Shown here in pieces: positions 46,724-58,100 of a DNA stretch of 64,000 nucleotides. The notes under the pieces are model-generated. The model was not told the origin of the DNA. It ran no database searches and saw only the letters and a list, made by a program, of their open reading frames with translations. The DNA comes from an archaeon (GTDB lineage: Archaea; Nanobdellota; Nanobdellia; Pacearchaeales; GW2011-AR1): the NCBI GenBank assembly GCA_021107855.1, contig JAIORZ010000006.1:32480-96479 (forward strand), in the 5' to 3' direction. The number at the start of each line of letters is the position of its first letter. Position 1 is the stretch's first letter. A program made the translations under genes and the position numbers.

Positions 46724-47934
46724 TTGTGGTGTCTCCTCCTTTTTTTGAAATAGTTTTTTCTCTCGTTTCTGATTTTGAAAAGTAGTGCTAATATAATTGC
46801 GATTAGGATTGCGTAGGTTGCGGATTTTGCTAGTGATTTTAGGATGTTGGAATCTGGGTTGACGTTTAGGATTGCTGATTGTTCGTATGTCCTTTTGTTG
46901 TCGTAGAAGATTCTTCCTGATATTATGTATTTGCCGGCTTTTCTTGGGGTAAAGTAGAATTGGAAATTTGTGTTGTTGTCCATTGGGATGAAGAGTGGGT
47001 CTTCGGATTCTAAGAGTTGAATGATTTTATTATTGAACATTATTTTCCCAATGAATTTTGCTTCGAGTGGTTTTTCTCCGGTGTTTCTGAAGTTGACTGC
47101 GATTGGGACTATCTCGTCTATCTCTGCCCATGGTGAGACGATGATTCTTTCGAGTATTCCTGCTGCACGAAGTGCTCCCTCTTCAAGCACGTCGAAGGTT
47201 AGGGTTTGGGATGCGTAACAATCTATTGCTGACATGTCAACCCAGTATTGTCCGAGTTCTAAATCTGAGGACGGGATTCTTATTAGTATGTGGCTGGTTT
47301 GTGTTGGTTTGATTTGGGTTTGTGAGTATTCGGATTGTTTTACTAGGTTGATTGAATCTTGGTCCCAGATGTCGAATGTAATTGATGGATTGAGTCTTAT
47401 GTTCCCTTCATTTAGGATGTCGACTTCGAATATGATGTCGTCGTTTTCTTCGACGCTTGCGACTTTGAAACCTGTTGCTCTACATTTTTTTACTTCTTTG
47501 TCGGTGACTTGGACGTTTACGAAGATGTCGAGTGTTGGGATGATTAGTCCTGTGGCGTGACCTTCTTGAGCTTGAGCGAGCCTAGAGCTTTTTACTGTTA
47601 CGAATCCTGTGTAGTTTCCATTTGGTGTGTCGCTTGGCGGTGTAACTGATACTATTAGTTGAAATGCCTTACCTTTTGATACTGAAAAATTTTCCTTTGA
47701 AAATGTTAGCCATGATTCAATTTCACCTCGTGATGTGACGGTTACGTCTACTGGGTCTATCGTGTCGATTATTACCATTACCGGTCGTTCTGCGTATCCT
47801 CCTCTTAGCACGTCTTTGAAAGTTAGGGTGGCTGGGCTGACTCCGACGTTGGCTGCGGATGTTATTTGGATTAACAATATTAGCGTAGTTAAAACTAGTA
47901 TTGTTTCTCTCCCTCTCATTGTATTATTTCTCAT
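46720..47934 (-). CDS. DUF916-like three-Ig-domain membrane-anchored protein
   Basis: VGVSPA start, V.P..P.D.PNG.Y.G, N.GN / N.G motifs, C-terminal TM helix with basic tail. Confidence 0.65.
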   Translation of the reverse strand: MRNNTMRGRETILVLTTLILLIQITSAANVGVSPATLTFKDVLRGGYAERPVMVIIDTIDPVDVTVTSRGEIESWLTFSKENFSVSKGKAFQLIVSVTPPSDTPNGNYTGFVTVKSSRLAQAQEGHATGLIIPTLDIFVNVQVTDKEVKKCRATGFKVASVEENDDIIFEVDILNEGNIRLNPSITFDIWDQDSINLVKQSEYSQTQIKPTQTSHILIRIPSSDLELGQYWVDMSAIDCYASQTLTFDVLEEGALRAAGILERIIVSPWAEIDEIVPIAVNFRNTGEKPLEAKFIGKIMFNNKIIQLLESEDPLFIPMDNNTNFQFYFTPRKAGKYIISGRIFYDNKRTYEQSAILNVNPDSNILKSLAKSATYAILIAIILALLFKIRNERKNYFKKRRRHHK

Positions 47935-47944
47935 TTTATATTTA

Positions 47945-49114
47945 TTAAGTTACTGATGCACCGAGGACGATGTGTCCCTGGCATGAAAACGCGACTTCTT
48001 GTGGCACGTAAACTCTCCAGTAAGTGTTGTTTTTTGCTTCGTTAACTATGTCGTTTTGTCTTGAATTCATGTTAAATTTTTCTGTTATTGGTGATGAAGT
48101 TAAATTTGTATATAGTGCTTCTGCTTGGGCGAGTGTTATCGACCCTGGGTTTGATTCGGTCATGTTGTATTTTGTGTGTTCTACCGATATGTTATTGTTG
48201 GTGCATATCATGGAGTCCTCATCTCCTTGTGTTTCCCCGTAACCACTTAGACTTATGTTTATTTTTACATTGCCGTAGTTTGTTATTTCAATTATTTTTT
48301 CTGATGTTAGTTCAGACGCGTTGACCTCTCCAAAATCTAGGGTTGAATTTGTTCCGATTGCTAAGAGGGTGTTGACGAATGTTTGATTCGCTCCCGTCGT
48401 TGAGTATGACTTGTTGTCGGTTACGTTGATTTGGCATTGCCAATTATCTGAATTTGCGTAGTATTGGATTTGAAGTGAGCAGTTGATTTGGGCTTCCATG
48501 ATGGTTCCGTATGAGGTGTTTATTTCGCATGATGAATTCGTGTAGTGGTCGTTGTTGTCGTCGGGGTCGGTTGGATTTGATGTTGAGGCGTAGAATGTTG
48601 CGGTTGCGTTTGTTAGTGATGTTGACGGCTCGTAGCCCGTGGTGATGGCGGTGCAAAAAATTTGTGTTGTGGCGTTTGGCGTTAGGTCGATTTCATCTTC
48701 TGGGCTTGGGTAAATGTCGTCTACTTCTATGTCTGAAATTATTAGTGGTGAGTTCATCGATATATTTGGCGCCATGTCATAGCCTGCTCCTGTGACTGTA
48801 ACTTGGACTTCTGCTGTTGCTTCGTGACCGGTTCCATCATCTACTAGTGTTATATTTAATATGTTTCCCACTATACACGGAGTTGGTAGCATTTCACAAT
48901 CTATCATGTAGATGTTTGATACTCCTGATGGGCCTGATGGGCCGACTATTGTAAAGATTTCTTCTAAATTTGTTGAGTTATATAATTTAATGGTTCTTCC
49001 GTTTGGCGAGGTGCTGTCTAGTGCATCTTCTACATATCCGACTATCCAGTGGGCAGCACTCGTTAGTGGGAATGTGAGCAATAGTATCAGGAGAAAAAGT
49101 GTTTTATTTTCCAT
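47945..49114 (-). CDS. secreted subunit, family A, with extra N-terminal domain
   Basis: DDNNDHYTNSSC, YYANS..W.C, TNYGNV, YWRVYVP....C.G.I.LGA. Confidence 0.85.
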   Translation of the reverse strand: MENKTLFLLILLLTFPLTSAAHWIVGYVEDALDSTSPNGRTIKLYNSTNLEEIFTIVGPSGPSGVSNIYMIDCEMLPTPCIVGNILNITLVDDGTGHEATAEVQVTVTGAGYDMAPNISMNSPLIISDIEVDDIYPSPEDEIDLTPNATTQIFCTAITTGYEPSTSLTNATATFYASTSNPTDPDDNNDHYTNSSCEINTSYGTIMEAQINCSLQIQYYANSDNWQCQINVTDNKSYSTTGANQTFVNTLLAIGTNSTLDFGEVNASELTSEKIIEITNYGNVKINISLSGYGETQGDEDSMICTNNNISVEHTKYNMTESNPGSITLAQAEALYTNLTSSPITEKFNMNSRQNDIVNEAKNNTYWRVYVPQEVAFSCQGHIVLGASVT

Positions 49115-49268
49115 CTTTTATATCGAGGGTTAATTTATTTGTTTGAAGATTGAATTTGATTACGACCTCTTGTCCTTCGTCTAGTTCGAGGGTGTCTACT
49201 ATGGCTTTTGGGATTTTAACCCTATATCCTTTTTGGATTTTTCCGTCTTTGAAAATCATCTCTTTCAT
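49104..49268 (-). CDS. AbrB/MazE-like DNA-binding protein, 54 aa
   Basis: Manual translation MKEMIFKDGKIQKGYRVKIPKAIVDTLELDEGQEVVIKF...; overlaps the downstream start. Not in the ORF track. Confidence 0.8.
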   Translation of the reverse strand: MKEMIFKDGKIQKGYRVKIPKAIVDTLELDEGQEVVIKFNLQTNKLTLDIKDGK

Positions 49269-49354
49269 AGGTTCTTTTGAAATCCTTTTTTGATTCTTAT
49301 TAGAGACTTTTTAAAGTATTTAAGGTTTATGTTTTTTTGCTTAATATATTTATC

Positions 49355-50158
49355 TTAAATTAATGAAGAAACATAGATTTCTAGGACTGCGGAAATTATT
49401 AGAAGGAATATTGATATTGCCAAAAGAGATATTATGTCGATTACGATTCGTCTGATTTTGTTTTTGTTTGTTAGGTCGCCTTTGATGAATGCGAAATAGA
49501 GGATTCCGCCGGCGATGCTTGCGAGGATGTAGGCTAGGATTTCGGGGATTCCGTGGATGAAGTATTTTGCGAATGCGACTGGGAGTGCGATTAGTCCGAA
49601 GGTTTCTCTTGATATTGTGCCGATTACGAATCCCATTACGCTGGCGTTCCAGGCTAAGATGTAGATTACTCCGGCGCCGAAGAAGAGTGCGAAGACGAGG
49701 GAGATTAGGACGATGTTTAGATTGTTTGTGAAGATTTGGACTATTGAGGAGGTGGGTGATATGGCGTTTCCTGTGATGAGTTTTATTTGTTGGATGGATG
49801 CACTTTGTAGTTCGAAGACCGTGGCGGAGGTTTCGGCTGGGAGGAGGAATGTCCATAAGACTGAGGATATTGTGAAGCCGATAAATAGGGAGAGAATTAA
49901 TATTGCTATCGGTTTGTGTTGTTTTAATAGCCATTTTTCTGAATTCCAGTTGTTTTCTTTTTTCTCTTCCATTTTGATTGCGCCTTGGACTACGTAGAGA
50001 CAGGAGAGCGTGGTTAGGAAGATGATTGCTAGGGATGCGTGGTCTTTGAAAATCCAGAGTCCGAGGAAGACTGAGAGGGATGAGTAGAATATGCCGATGA
50101 GGATGATTTCGAATGGGTGGCGTTCGGCCTTTTGTGGGTTGAAGAGGAGGTCTAGCAT
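49355..50158 (-). CDS. SpoIIM/DUF95-family membrane protein
   Basis: IF.NN, L..NA...G, HGIPEI.A, SA.LE.Y.S. Confidence 0.9.
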   Translation of the reverse strand: MLDLLFNPQKAERHPFEIILIGIFYSSLSVFLGLWIFKDHASLAIIFLTTLSCLYVVQGAIKMEEKKENNWNSEKWLLKQHKPIAILILSLFIGFTISSVLWTFLLPAETSATVFELQSASIQQIKLITGNAISPTSSIVQIFTNNLNIVLISLVFALFFGAGVIYILAWNASVMGFVIGTISRETFGLIALPVAFAKYFIHGIPEILAYILASIAGGILYFAFIKGDLTNKNKIRRIVIDIISLLAISIFLLIISAVLEIYVSSLI

Positions 50159-50197
50159 CTAATGATATTGAGAATATTATTTATAATTGTTTGGAGT

Positions 50198-52108
50198 TTA
50201 TGTGTGAAAAATATAGGACCAAAATTTGTCAAACCAATTCATGAATTTGTCTTTTAAGCTTAACTTGCTTTTTTCTGCGAAGATGAAAAATTCGGATAAG
50301 GGCTCATCTGACTCGAATTCATATTTTACTATTTCGTTTTCTGAGGATATCGCTCTACCTGTTATTGGTGAGAATTTTCCTTTTTTTCTTGTGAAGAATT
50401 TTATATTCTTGTAATCATTTTTTTCTAAGAAAGTTTTGTTTACTTCGTATTCAAATTTTATTTTTCCTCTTTCACTTGAATTCATGTTTGTTTCTATTGT
50501 GTACGATTTTATGTATTTGAAACTTCTATTAAAATTCCCTTCGTAGATAAATTTGAATAAATTAAATGATGCTTTTTCTTTTAGAATTTTTGAATAAAAT
50601 GCTACCCTCACATCTTCGTCTTTTATTATTAGTGGGAAGTTCTTTGTTGCTTTTGAAAAGTTTTTTGGGATATATTTGAATGGGAGGGACTTGGAAGAAG
50701 CTCCGCCTGAATTTCCTGAGTTACTTCTCTGAAAAAATGGGGGCACATAATTGTAAACTGTGGTGGTGGTTTCTTCTAAAATATTATTTTCTAATTCGCT
50801 TATGAATGAAAAATCTCCTGATATCGAAGGTGATATGGTATATTCAAAATTAAAATTTGATCCTGATAAGTCCCAAATGATTACATTGTAATTTGAAGTT
50901 GAAGACTCGACTCTTCCATCATTAGAAATTGAGGTGATTTCAAATTCTATTGGAACATATTCTTTGAACTCTAAATTTGAAACTTCTGAGGATAGCTTTC
51001 CTTTTAAAGAAATTTTTGTGTTTTTTCCGTTTTTTAATTTGAAATTCAAATTTTTTTCAAAATCAAATTTTTCTATCATTTGAAAAGAAACTTCATTTGA
51101 AAAATTACAATCAAAATAAAAATTTTCGTCTTTCAAATTTAAAGGTTCGTTGAAATTTATTATTTGGTTTTCAAAAGATTTTTTTAGAAGGATTTTGTTT
51201 TCTGGTATGAAGGAATATATTCCAAAATCGCATGTTCTTAGTTTTGGTTTTGGTCTTATTTTATAACTGAAATTGAATGATTCTGTGTTTATGTTTTTCC
51301 ATTCTATGCTTGAATATCCATCTTCTAAAAATATGAATCCTGAATCTGAAACTTCGAAAACTTCGAATTCGCTTGGGATAAAATCAGTTACTGAAAAACT
51401 TCCGTCTGATTTTGTGCCTGAAAATATGACTAAGAATTCGTCGGGAGATGATGAGAATAAACTTTTTTCGTAATTAACATATTTCTCAGTTGTTGATGGA
51501 AAAATCATGTCTCTTGATGCTCCTTTTAGTCTTTCTCCTGTCTGGCAGTCTGTTACAAAAATTAATTCGTTGTTCCCATAATCTCCTTGTAGCTCTTTCT
51601 TATAGTCACAACCAGATTCGCATAATTGTTCATAAGAATTGCTTTCTTTAAAATAAAAGTTACAATCATCGAAAACATTTACTTCCAATGTGAAATTTTT
51701 ATCTTTGGAAATTATTAATTTTTTATTTGGTTGTTTAAGTTGTACTACTTCACGAAATTCCATTTTGGAAAATATATTATAATCTTCTTGGTTTAATATC
51801 ATACTTACTGGCCCGGCGGCGAATCCGTTTTCAAAATCTAGAATTTCTGCTTGAAGAATTGAGCCTGTTGAGAAAATTGTATTTCCTCCGATTCTTGAAT
51901 TTAGAAAAGAATATCTGTGTCTATCTGGACTTACTAAAACTTCTACATAATCATTTACATTATCTACATTATAAACGAAAACGTTTTGCCAATTTGGGTT
52001 GATATTTCCTTCGAAGAAAACTTCGCCGCCTATGATTTGTGCTGATACTGGTAGCAATAGTGATGTGGTTAGAACTATCAATATTAGTTTTTTTATTGTT
52101 GTGTCCAT
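50198..52108 (-). CDS. secreted multidomain surface protein
   Basis: Signal peptide, duplicated domain ([DE][FY][IV]P.EF...S..G....I.W....F.Y.I.P), Ser/Gly linker, PGF-pre-PGF-like end. Confidence 0.75.
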   Translation of the reverse strand: MDTTIKKLILIVLTTSLLLPVSAQIIGGEVFFEGNINPNWQNVFVYNVDNVNDYVEVLVSPDRHRYSFLNSRIGGNTIFSTGSILQAEILDFENGFAAGPVSMILNQEDYNIFSKMEFREVVQLKQPNKKLIISKDKNFTLEVNVFDDCNFYFKESNSYEQLCESGCDYKKELQGDYGNNELIFVTDCQTGERLKGASRDMIFPSTTEKYVNYEKSLFSSSPDEFLVIFSGTKSDGSFSVTDFIPSEFEVFEVSDSGFIFLEDGYSSIEWKNINTESFNFSYKIRPKPKLRTCDFGIYSFIPENKILLKKSFENQIINFNEPLNLKDENFYFDCNFSNEVSFQMIEKFDFEKNLNFKLKNGKNTKISLKGKLSSEVSNLEFKEYVPIEFEITSISNDGRVESSTSNYNVIIWDLSGSNFNFEYTISPSISGDFSFISELENNILEETTTTVYNYVPPFFQRSNSGNSGGASSKSLPFKYIPKNFSKATKNFPLIIKDEDVRVAFYSKILKEKASFNLFKFIYEGNFNRSFKYIKSYTIETNMNSSERGKIKFEYEVNKTFLEKNDYKNIKFFTRKKGKFSPITGRAISSENEIVKYEFESDEPLSEFFIFAEKSKLSLKDKFMNWFDKFWSYIFHT

Positions 52109-55100
52109 GCTGAATCTTGAGTTACACTGATTTCGTAGCCTTCCTCCATAGTTATATTAAAATTTGTTCCTAAAGGTATACAGCCAAACCAGAAGCAAAC
52201 CTCACCTAAATAACCCTGGCTAATCTGGAATTCTGGGTCCCATCTAGTGACAGCATCTTCACCTAAGAGACTTGCTGTTAATTCTTGAGCATTTGTCATG
52301 GTGGTTCCTGCTGTCATACTTATCCAATTTTTATTCATTCTCGTTCCAGTTTCGTCATAGACTAATGGTATTTGTATTGGGTCGTAGACTACCCCTACTC
52401 CGGACCAATTGACTTGAGAAGATTCACTTACGTTTAAACTTATTTCATATCCAGCTCCCGCGACCAATTCAAAATTACATGCCGTGTCTGTGCATGAGAT
52501 AGTTTCTGGGCAGCTAAAGGTATTACAAGTTACTTGCTTTTGGCTGCTTTTGTTTAATTGTGAAACCGCTACTGCTCCTATTATTTCATTTAATGTATCA
52601 TTTGCATTTTTCAAATAGGTAAAATTTGTGGGAAATGCTATCCAGTTTCTATTTTTAATAGAATGGACTGCGCTTGTGTTATGCTTAAGTCCATAGACAT
52701 GAGCTCCGAAGGTGTAGTCGCTTATGTTTGTTCCAGATGGGTTCCATGCTTCAACTTTGTAGAATCTTCTTTTGTTTCCTGAGAATGTATCGTCTGTATA
52801 ATTTAGCTCTGTGGTTTCGTTCATTAGGGTGAAATCTGTGACGTTTGGGCTTGAATATACTTTGTATTTTACTACTTCTAAAGATTCGTTCCATTCTAGG
52901 ATAATTGAGCCTGTTCCGTTATTTGCACTTTGTGTTATGTTCATAAATTCTGGCATACTTGGAGGAAGGAATGAACTGAAAGTATAATTTGTCGATGAGT
53001 CATTGTTCCCGTAAATATCAAAGCAAATCACAGACCAATTATAATAGTTACTTGTTCCGACGTCTACCATTGAGAAGTTGTTTTCAACTTCTGCGTTTAC
53101 TGAATAGATTGTTTGGTTTAAATGCCAGCCGCCATTCCAGGTCCCGTAAAGAGAACAGTTGGTCATATTGCTTTCGTCGTCAATTGTAAAATTGAATGGT
53201 CCTACTGTGTGACTTGTATAATTATAATTGTCTATTGGGGAAGTTAGGTTGATTGTTGGGCTGTTTAAATCTTTTATTTCAACTGCAAACCAGGAGGTTG
53301 TTCCTGCAGAGCTTCCGACTCCTTTTTGTAACGAAAGAGATGTTGTGTTTTTTATTGCTTGTGTCACGAATGCGTTTGCATAGGTGGTTGTGGCTCCGTC
53401 GTTGTCATTTGAATGTATATTAAATGACCTCTCGGTATTTATTAGATTGTGTTGTAAATTTATTATCTGTTCTGAACTAGAAATTAAATGGTTATAATCT
53501 TCTCTTTGGGAATTGAATAAATCTGAGGTTATAACGAAGTAATTTATTGATGCGTTTCCTGATGTTCCTCTACGATTAAATATTAAATTTGATGAATCTG
53601 AAAAATTTCCTTTGATGAATGAATCTTCTACGCTGTCATCGCCGATTAAATTATCTGAAAATATTATGAATGATTCATTTAAGTTTACCGCCGAAATTGA
53701 AACTGCTCCGCTGTCTGAATTCCCGTCTGTTATAATTGTGTTTCCCGATTGAACGTCTGTATTGTCCCAACTTACAACTTGCCAAGATAGTACCCCCGAA
53801 GAAGTCCCATTATCTCGCCTGAATACTACATTTGAATCGTCGATGAATTCGCCCGTAAAGAAACCTTCTACGTTGTCTGCTGAGTTCCCGGAGGAAAGTT
53901 TACTGTACACAACTACGAAACTGTTGCTCAAATTAACTTGGCCTATATTTAATGAAAGATTTGCCTCGTAAGAAAAGCTTATCTCTCCTCGCTGTACTTC
54001 GATATCTGGACCACTTATTAAGTTCCAATCTACAATTGCACCTGCGCCTGTATTATAATTTGAGAATGTTACTTCGTTGCTTTTTGAAAATTTGCTTATT
54101 ATTTGTAAAGTGTCGGGGCCATTATCGGAAGCTCTAGAGGTATGTAAAATGAAAGATTTGCTCATGTCCGTTATTTCAATTGTTTCTGTTGCGTTCCCGT
54201 CCACGAATGTTGAGCCGCTTAAAACTTTGTAAGTTGGGGTTTCTATTAAGCTTGAATTTACAAAAAATGTTACGTTGCTTGAGTTCATGTACCCCATGGT
54301 GTCGTTGACATAAAGATTTATTGTGTGCCCCGTTTCGTCTACGAAGTTCATAGAGATGGATTGGCAATTTGGCAAAGTCGTGTTTGCTGCCCCATCGAGA
54401 CTATACCAGCAAGTGTCTAAGTGGACATCATAGACATCGTACTCTAGTCTGATTCCGTTATTATATGGGTAGGTTATGTTTTCTGGTGATGTTAAAACTA
54501 GAGTTGGGCTTGTTATATCAATTAGCGTTATGTTTCTTGTGGAAGTTACTCCGAAGTTGTTTGCGTAATCCCACACAATTATGTCGTAGTAGTATGTGTT
54601 GTTTTCTCCGGAAGCCGTGAAATTAATATCGTTTACTACTGAATAAAAAGTCGTCTCGTTAATTATTTGGCTATCGTTGTCATATAATCTATAGCTCATA
54701 TTTTTGAAATTAGCTTCTACAACATTTGAATCCACATAAATCCAGTCTCTTTCGAACTGGGAGCCAGAAGGTGCTGTTGAACCAGCGAAATCAACTAGTG
54801 GGGCAGTTTTATCTAGTGTTATTTTTCTTGTTGGTAGACTATTGGTTAATCCTGCTTTGTCGAAAATTGTTACGTTGTAAAAGTATTCGTCGTCGAATAA
54901 TCCTGTCCAGTTGATATTTTTTATGGAAGTGTTATAGGTTGTTGAATTGATTAGTCCTCCCCCATCATATAGGTTAAAAGTTATGTTGGCGAAATTTATT
55001 TCTGTTATAGTTGTGTTTACGAATACAAAATTTTGGCTGACATTTGCCGTGTCAATTTCTGTTCCTGTTGAATAAGATATTGTTGGCGCTATATTATCTA

Positions 55101-58100
55101 GTGTTATGATTCTCGTTTCGCTTGTGTTGACATTTTCTGCAGAATCCCAGACGGTCACGTTATAAAAATATTCGTCGTCTGAGAGGAGAGTCCAGTTAAT
55201 GTCTCTTTTTGAAGTTGAGAATGTGTAGGAATAAGCTTCTCCTTCCCCGTTAAAAAGTTTGAAGGTTATGTTCTCAAAATTTGTTTCGACTACTGAAGTG
55301 TTTAGATAAATATAATCCTGCGAGACATAAGTATTATTATTAAGGGTTAATGGTATGAAATCTATAGTTGGCAATGTCGTGTCTATTGTAATTGTGTAAT
55401 TTGTGGTATTGTATAAATTTCCTATTGTGTCTTCTGCTTGATAGAACCAAGTGTAAATTCCATCCAATAAGAATTCGTAGACTATGCCGACGGTCGCGCT
55501 TAAGACTCCGTTTAATGAAACTAATTGACTATAAACGAATCCTGTTTGATTATAAATGTATAAGATGACTTCTTTTAGTCCGTTATCGTCGCTGAAATTC
55601 CCTGTTAAATTTTGTGTTGCGTTATTTGTTATTGTGTTATCTGAAGGCGAAATTAGGTTTCCTCCTGGAGGAGTCGTGTCTAATAAAATTTCTCTTGTTG
55701 AACTTGAGCCGTTTCTATTCGCGGAATCGAAAACCGTAATATTATAATAATAGGTTCCGTCGTCTAATCCTGTAAAAGTGTAATTTCTTGTTGAGTCGTT
55801 GAACCATTGTGAGGAGACTAGTCCTGTTGAATTGTAGATATAGAATGTGATATTTTTGAAATTGTTTTCGATTATGCTGGAGTTTATGTAGATATAGCTT
55901 TGACTAACATTTGAATTATCTGGTAAAGTATTTGCGCCGAAATCTACAACTGGGTCTGTCACGTCGAACGTGATTGAATAATTTGAAACTGCCCACGTGT
56001 AGTAACCTAGGCTATCGTTACATTCTACATTCCAGATACTGGTTCCTTCTTCTGAAAGATTGAGTGTGAAATTGCCCGATGGTTTATTGCTGGCAGGGAC
56101 AAAAGTTATATTGATGTCATCTATTGACATATCGCTTCGATATCCTGAACCAGTTATACTTCTGAATCTTAATTTTATGTTTCCTTCATACTCTGAGAGA
56201 CTTCTTGAAATATAAATATAATCATTTGTCTGACCTGATTGGTTTTGTCCGACTTGGGACCAAATAGAATTCCATCCAGATGAGTCATTAATTTCTAAAT
56301 GGAGTGTCCCCATATCCGCTCCATACATATGGAACCAGAAGCTTACGTTGTAGTCGTTTGAATCTGCGTCGAGGTTTTCGCTTTCTACCACAGCTTCTGG
56401 GCTTCCTTGGTCAAATCCACAAGGTTGTCCAGATGTTGCTTCAATAAATATGAAATGGCCCGCTATGGTTCCTAGGGTATGGTCTTCTTCTGGACCTGTG
56501 CTTCCGGAAGGGGTTCCGTCATTATCTGCATTTCTTGACCAGTCGCAATCATCCCCTGTGCTTTGAGTCCAGTTATTCCAAGGACTGGCTGTTTCAAAAC
56601 TTTCATTTTCCCAGCCACTTTCTCCGATTACCCAATTATAATCTGTTTGATTTAAATGCCAAGTTCCGTTGAAATCTCCCCATAATGAACAACTTTGGGT
56701 TAAGTCTGGGTCTTCGGCGGTGTAATTGAAAAATACTTCTGTTGCGGCAGAATAAAACGTATCGTCTTCTGGAAGTAATAATTGGATTGCTGGACCTGTT
56801 GTAGAAACTAAGAATGTTACATTTTTGTAATTTAAATTTCCTAATGTGTCGTTTGCAAAGAAATGTAATGTATGTTGTCCGTCGCTGGTATTGAAAGTTT
56901 CTGAACCTGAACAAGATACTGTTGTGTTTGTCCCGTCGTCTAAATTATACCAGCAGGTATCTTCTCCTACTATGTTGTCATTTACATTATAGTCTAATGG
57001 TAGGCTAATATTGTATCCGTATGCTTTTGCTTTTGGATTAATAATTGCGATTGATGGACCTAGAAAATCTAGTCCAATTTTTCTAGTTTCTGTTTTATTA
57101 TAATTTTCGGCAGAATCATAAATTGAAACATTATACCAATATTCGTTGCTTGCTAAATTTGTGAAATTGATTTGTGTTATTTGGTTAGTGTAGGTTGTGC
57201 TGTTGACTTCTCCTGTTGAGTTGAATAAATAGAAAGTTATATTTTCGAAGTTGTTTTCAGTAACACTTGTGTTTACAAAAATCCAATTGTTTGTGTTATT
57301 TACTCCGTCATTTAATGTTAATGAAACAAATTCAATTAATGGGTTGGTGTTGTCTAGAATTATCGTTCTTGTCGTCGTGCTTCCGTCGTTTCCTGCTTTA
57401 TCGTACATTGTTGCATTATACCAATAATTCCCGTCTGGTAAACTTGTCCAGTTAAACTCTCTGGTTGTGTCTGTAAATGATTCTGTTGAGACTAGCCCTG
57501 TTGAGTTGTAAAGTGATAAACTAATATTTAAAAAATTGTCTTCGACTGAGCTTACTTTGAATTGCACCCAATCTCTTGCGAATGCCGTGTCGTTATCTTC
57601 TGTTGGAAACATATAAGATAATACTGGGTCGGTGTCATCTATTGTGATTGACCTTGTTGCTGTAGAATCGGATTTTCCAACTACGTCAAAAATTGTGACG
57701 TTATAATAGTAGAGTCCTTCGGATAACAGGTTCCAAGAAACGGTTCTACGTTTGTCGGTGAATGTGTTATTTGTAACAGGGGAATTTGTTTCGTTATATA
57801 GATAAAATGTAATGTTTTCTTCGTTGGCTTCTGTCACATTTACATAAACGGAAATTGTGTCTCCTGAAATGAACCCTTCATCTTCTTCGTTTTGAGATGA
57901 GAAATCTATAATTGGTGCTTGATTATCTAATGTTATGTTTCTTGTTTCGGTTGTATTTGAGTTTCCGGCTATGTCGTATGCTGTTACATTATAAAAATAT
58001 AATCCGTCGGAAAGTAATGTCCAGTTGATATCATGCGGGCCGAATGAATGACTGTATATTTGTCCTCCTGAATCATATAAATCGAATGTGACATTGTCTA

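Noticed and set aside
14978-49114. Type IV pilus, archaellum or canonical T4SS assignment
   Set aside because: Subunits have ordinary Sec-type signal peptides; no PilB/FlaI, TadC/FlaJ, relaxase or VirB6-like gene is recognisable.
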